This document shows positions 61,028-64,000 of a DNA stretch of 64,000 bases, piece by piece (the first letter of the stretch is position 1; every line of letters starts with the position of its first letter). The notes under the pieces are model-generated. The model saw only the letters and a program-made list of their open reading frames with translations, searched no databases and had not been told where the DNA came from. The stretch lies in the NCBI GenBank assembly GCA_963733195.1, contig CAVTCR010000017.1:1-64000 (forward strand). The letters run 5' to 3'. Source of the DNA: an uncultured delta proteobacterium (GTDB lineage: Bacteria; Desulfobacterota; Binatia; Bin18). A program made the position numbers and the translations under genes.

Positions 61028-64000
61028 ATGTCTTCCCTCCGCCATCTGTGGTTCGACAGCCGTCATCTGCTCGGGAACTCTGCCGGTCAGACATTACTCA
61101 CAGAACTAGATGCTCTGGGGATGCGCACCCGCGAAACGCTTCTTTCGACTGGCGATCGATTGGCAGCGCTTTCCTTGACCCTCGCGCAAACGTTCTGTCG
61201 TGTGGCACCGGCGGCGTGGCGGGTCTTCGGCGCGAAAGAATTTCCCCGCTGGGTGGCAATCGGTGAATGCCTCGCTGGTGAAGAACCATCGTCTCGTGAG
61301 GGAGCGGCTGCGTACTTCACGATAGATCCTCACAGTTTGTCACTCATCGGGCTCGATATCGCTGAAGAATGGTCCGAGATTGGTCGTGAGACGTTGAAGG
61401 TTTCGCGCCGTTTAGGATCGCAATTCTTCCAAAGTTCTGCACCAGTACTAGCGACCCTTCCCACTCCTATCCCAGACCGACTGCGTGTTTGGGCAAGGCA
61501 CGGCTGTGCGCTGCTGAAGGCAAAAGGTTGGAAGGGTGAATTTTTAGCCGTGTCCTACTTTGAAGCAGCATCGGCCGCACTTCCAGTGCTGAGTAATGAA
61601 GAGATGGCTGCCTGGGCAACCTTAGGAATGTTGGTACAAGATTCTGGCCCTTGGACATTCTATGCGACTCTGCCTAAAGGTTTTGCGGCATTCAGTGGAC
61701 CAGAACGGATGTCGCTTTTAATGGCATGCCAACACGCAGCAGCCATCGCTGCCAAAGCGGCGACAGAGGTGTTTCTTCACGTGCCGCCGGCGCTTGCCCC
61801 CTTCCCTCCTCATTTACGGATGTTCCTGTTGTCACTTCTGGTTCCTGTCGTTCGCACTGATCCTGCTGCGATTCTGCCACTCCTTCCCCTGCTCTCTTCA
61901 TTTGTGAGAGCAGTGCAACTTGATCAAAGACTGTGGTTGCAAGAACGACTTGCTGCCCTCGCCCAGCAGTTTCCTGCGATCGTCTCGCCTGTGATACGTA
62001 CCCTCCCTCGGGTTTGCGAAGAAACCGGAGAGCAGGGAGTTGAAGAATGGCTGACAAAAGGGCTGGACGTCGCCACCAGCAACGTCGCGGCTGGGGTTGC
62101 GTACTTCGCCTTAGAATCTCGTACCAGCCTCAGACAACTGCGGCAGTCCTCACAAGGAGTTGATCTTGAGGAGGTGCAAGAGCTGCTGCGGAAATGTATT
62201 CAGATGCTGTCTAGAACCTTGGTCGGTATTCGGAAACAGGAAATGTTTGCCTACCCTCCATCGCTGGAAGAGTTTCCCTTCTACAGTGATGCCCTTCCCC
62301 TTCCTGCTCGTGTGGATATTTTGCCCACGTACGAGGAGAACTTTCGCCTCTTTCGTCTTGTTGCTCTGCAGCAGGCTGGTCGTCGCGAGTTCGGCACCTA
62401 TGATTTCTCCCTTACTGACTTATGGCCACAATTACCGATTGCTGTGCGGCAATTATTGAAAGATGACCAAGTGCCTATTGGAGGGCTCGGAGAATATTTC
62501 CGCTGTTTTCCTCATCCTGACATTCTCGAAGCCCTGTTTACCGTCATGGAAACCCAACGTGTGGCAAGCCAGATGGGTCGCGTCTATCGTGGCCTGCAAG
62601 AAGAACTCCGTTGGGCCACTACACTTGATTTGCCATCCTTGTTACCGGACCTCCTTCTTTCTCTCGTTCCACAACTTCGTGTACGCGGGCGGACGCATGA
62701 TACCGTGTACGACTCAGCTCTTGCTGCCGCGGAGATCTACGCCCGGTTGTTGTCTACTATCGCCGCCGCTCGTAACGCCCGTGATCCCGCGGCGTTCGGT
62801 TCGCTAATGTTCGATAAAATCACTGGCGATGCACTGATTGACCCTGAGATGGATGATAGCCTTCCGCCCCCTGATGCCCCGGAATTACCCCAGCTCGAAC
62901 TTGACCCTGAACGTGACGAGCGCGAGGGTGGTTCGCCGTTGTCTCCTGAAGAACTAAAAGCGTTAATCGAGGCCGGAGTCGATCTCCAGATTCGTCAGGG
63001 GAAGAGCGATACCATCACACCTCAAGGTTTATACATCAGTGACCTGGACGGGAAGTTGCCCAACGATGGAGAGCGTGAACACATCACGCCAGAGAATGGA
63101 GTCGCTGTTGTGGGACAGCGGCGGCGCGAGCGTGATGCTGCATTGACGTTTTTTTACGATGAATGGGATTATCAGATTAGTGATTATCGTTCGCGTTGGT
63201 GCCGATTGCGGGAAATTGTCCTTGCTGGCGATGCGGGAGAATACTTTTCCAAGACGCTCAATGACTACGCTGCACTGACACCCGCTGTGAAACACGAATT
63301 CCAGCGGATTCGTCCAGAGCAATATCGTGTCGTGCGTGGGTTAGAGGATGGCGAGGAGTTTGATTTCAACGCGGTTGTGACTGCAGCGAGTGATATTCGC
63401 GCTAGGGTGAGTCCCTCACCGAAGCTCTACACGATACGACGGCAGACTGAGCGAGATGTGGCAGCGTTGTTCCTGCTGGATATGAGTGCATCAACTGACG
63501 AACCTATCGTTCCCATCGTTCGAAAGTATATCGAAGAAGACCAGGACGACTGGCAGGCAATGTGGAAGAAACGTGCAGCAATGCCCGAACCAAAACCACG
63601 TCGCATTATCGATGTGACCAAAGAAGCGCTGGTGCTGATGGCCGAAGCCCTCGAAGAGATTGGCGACACGTACGCGATCTATGGATTCTCTGGTCAAGGA
63701 CGGGCCAATGTCGAATTTTACCATGTCAAATCGTTTCTTGAAGCGCTATCACCAACAGTGAAAGGCCGGATCGGAGCGATCGAGCCCAAACAATCGACAC
63801 GCATGGGAGCAGCGCTCCGCCACTCTGTCGAGAAGCTGAAAGATGTCGCCTGTCGGGTCAAGCTACTGGTGCTGTTAAGCGACGGGTTTCCACAGGACAT
63901 GGACTACGGGTCTGATCGGCGTTCGATTGCTTACGGGATTCGTGACACGATGACAGCGCTGCAAGAAGCCGATCGCGCCGGTATTCTCACTTTCTGTTTG
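61028..64000 (+). CDS. NorD/CbbO-like VWA protein, 3'-partial (>990 aa)
   Basis: Absent from the ORF track because it has no stop in the window. ATG 61028 is in frame with YDEWDY, LLDMSAST, STRMGAALRH and LSDGFPQD. Confidence 0.85.
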   Translation, partial: MSSLRHLWFDSRHLLGNSAGQTLLTELDALGMRTRETLLSTGDRLAALSLTLAQTFCRVAPAAWRVFGAKEFPRWVAIGECLAGEEPSSREGAAAYFTIDPHSLSLIGLDIAEEWSEIGRETLKVSRRLGSQFFQSSAPVLATLPTPIPDRLRVWARHGCALLKAKGWKGEFLAVSYFEAASAALPVLSNEEMAAWATLGMLVQDSGPWTFYATLPKGFAAFSGPERMSLLMACQHAAAIAAKAATEVFLHVPPALAPFPPHLRMFLLSLLVPVVRTDPAAILPLLPLLSSFVRAVQLDQRLWLQERLAALAQQFPAIVSPVIRTLPRVCEETGEQGVEEWLTKGLDVATSNVAAGVAYFALESRTSLRQLRQSSQGVDLEEVQELLRKCIQMLSRTLVGIRKQEMFAYPPSLEEFPFYSDALPLPARVDILPTYEENFRLFRLVALQQAGRREFGTYDFSLTDLWPQLPIAVRQLLKDDQVPIGGLGEYFRCFPHPDILEALFTVMETQRVASQMGRVYRGLQEELRWATTLDLPSLLPDLLLSLVPQLRVRGRTHDTVYDSALAAAEIYARLLSTIAAARNARDPAAFGSLMFDKITGDALIDPEMDDSLPPPDAPELPQLELDPERDEREGGSPLSPEELKALIEAGVDLQIRQGKSDTITPQGLYISDLDGKLPNDGEREHITPENGVAVVGQRRRERDAALTFFYDEWDYQISDYRSRWCRLREIVLAGDAGEYFSKTLNDYAALTPAVKHEFQRIRPEQYRVVRGLEDGEEFDFNAVVTAASDIRARVSPSPKLYTIRRQTERDVAALFLLDMSASTDEPIVPIVRKYIEEDQDDWQAMWKKRAAMPEPKPRRIIDVTKEALVLMAEALEEIGDTYAIYGFSGQGRANVEFYHVKSFLEALSPTVKGRIGAIEPKQSTRMGAALRHSVEKLKDVACRVKLLVLLSDGFPQDMDYGSDRRSIAYGIRDTMTALQEADRAGILTFCL

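Noticed and set aside
61048-63900. Many small ORFs listed in the last 3 kb
   Set aside because: They are shadow frames of one long plus-strand VWA gene that runs off the window.

Overview
Bacterial chromosome window spanning the replication origin. The split F0 atpZIBE cluster and general gene content suggest a deltaproteobacteria-like lineage, possibly Binatia; this is inference only. From left to right: (1) a broken tyrosine integrase abutting tRNA-Arg(CCT), followed by a 4.3-kb integrase-less island bounded by a 45-bp att repeat, carrying an HTTM gene pair and a UDG-fold, possibly Brig1-like gene; (2) housekeeping genes glcDEF, asd, atpZIBE, hemL, dnaA, oriC, dnaN, gyrB, gyrA, radC, ssb, ggt, gcdH and nth, with oriC containing an unusual phased array of 12 tandem TGTGAATAA DnaA boxes plus a canonical box/GC/DnaA-trio unwinding module; (3) a PadR-led operon with two ExbB/ExbD pairs, a TonB-anchor/VWA protein and a large TPR protein; (4) a beta-barrel, cupredoxin and adenylate cyclase module; (5) a decayed defence island with dndE and DGQHR remnants, an SBD-HNH nuclease, toxin-antitoxin genes with attC-like scars, and an intact phosphorothioation-associated methyltransferase fused to an M15-like Zn-peptidase domain; (6) a NorD/CbbO-like VWA gene running off the end. 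Several single-base frameshifts, including one in essential atpB, suggest sequencing indels. All protein calls come from motif recognition by eye; no database searches were run.
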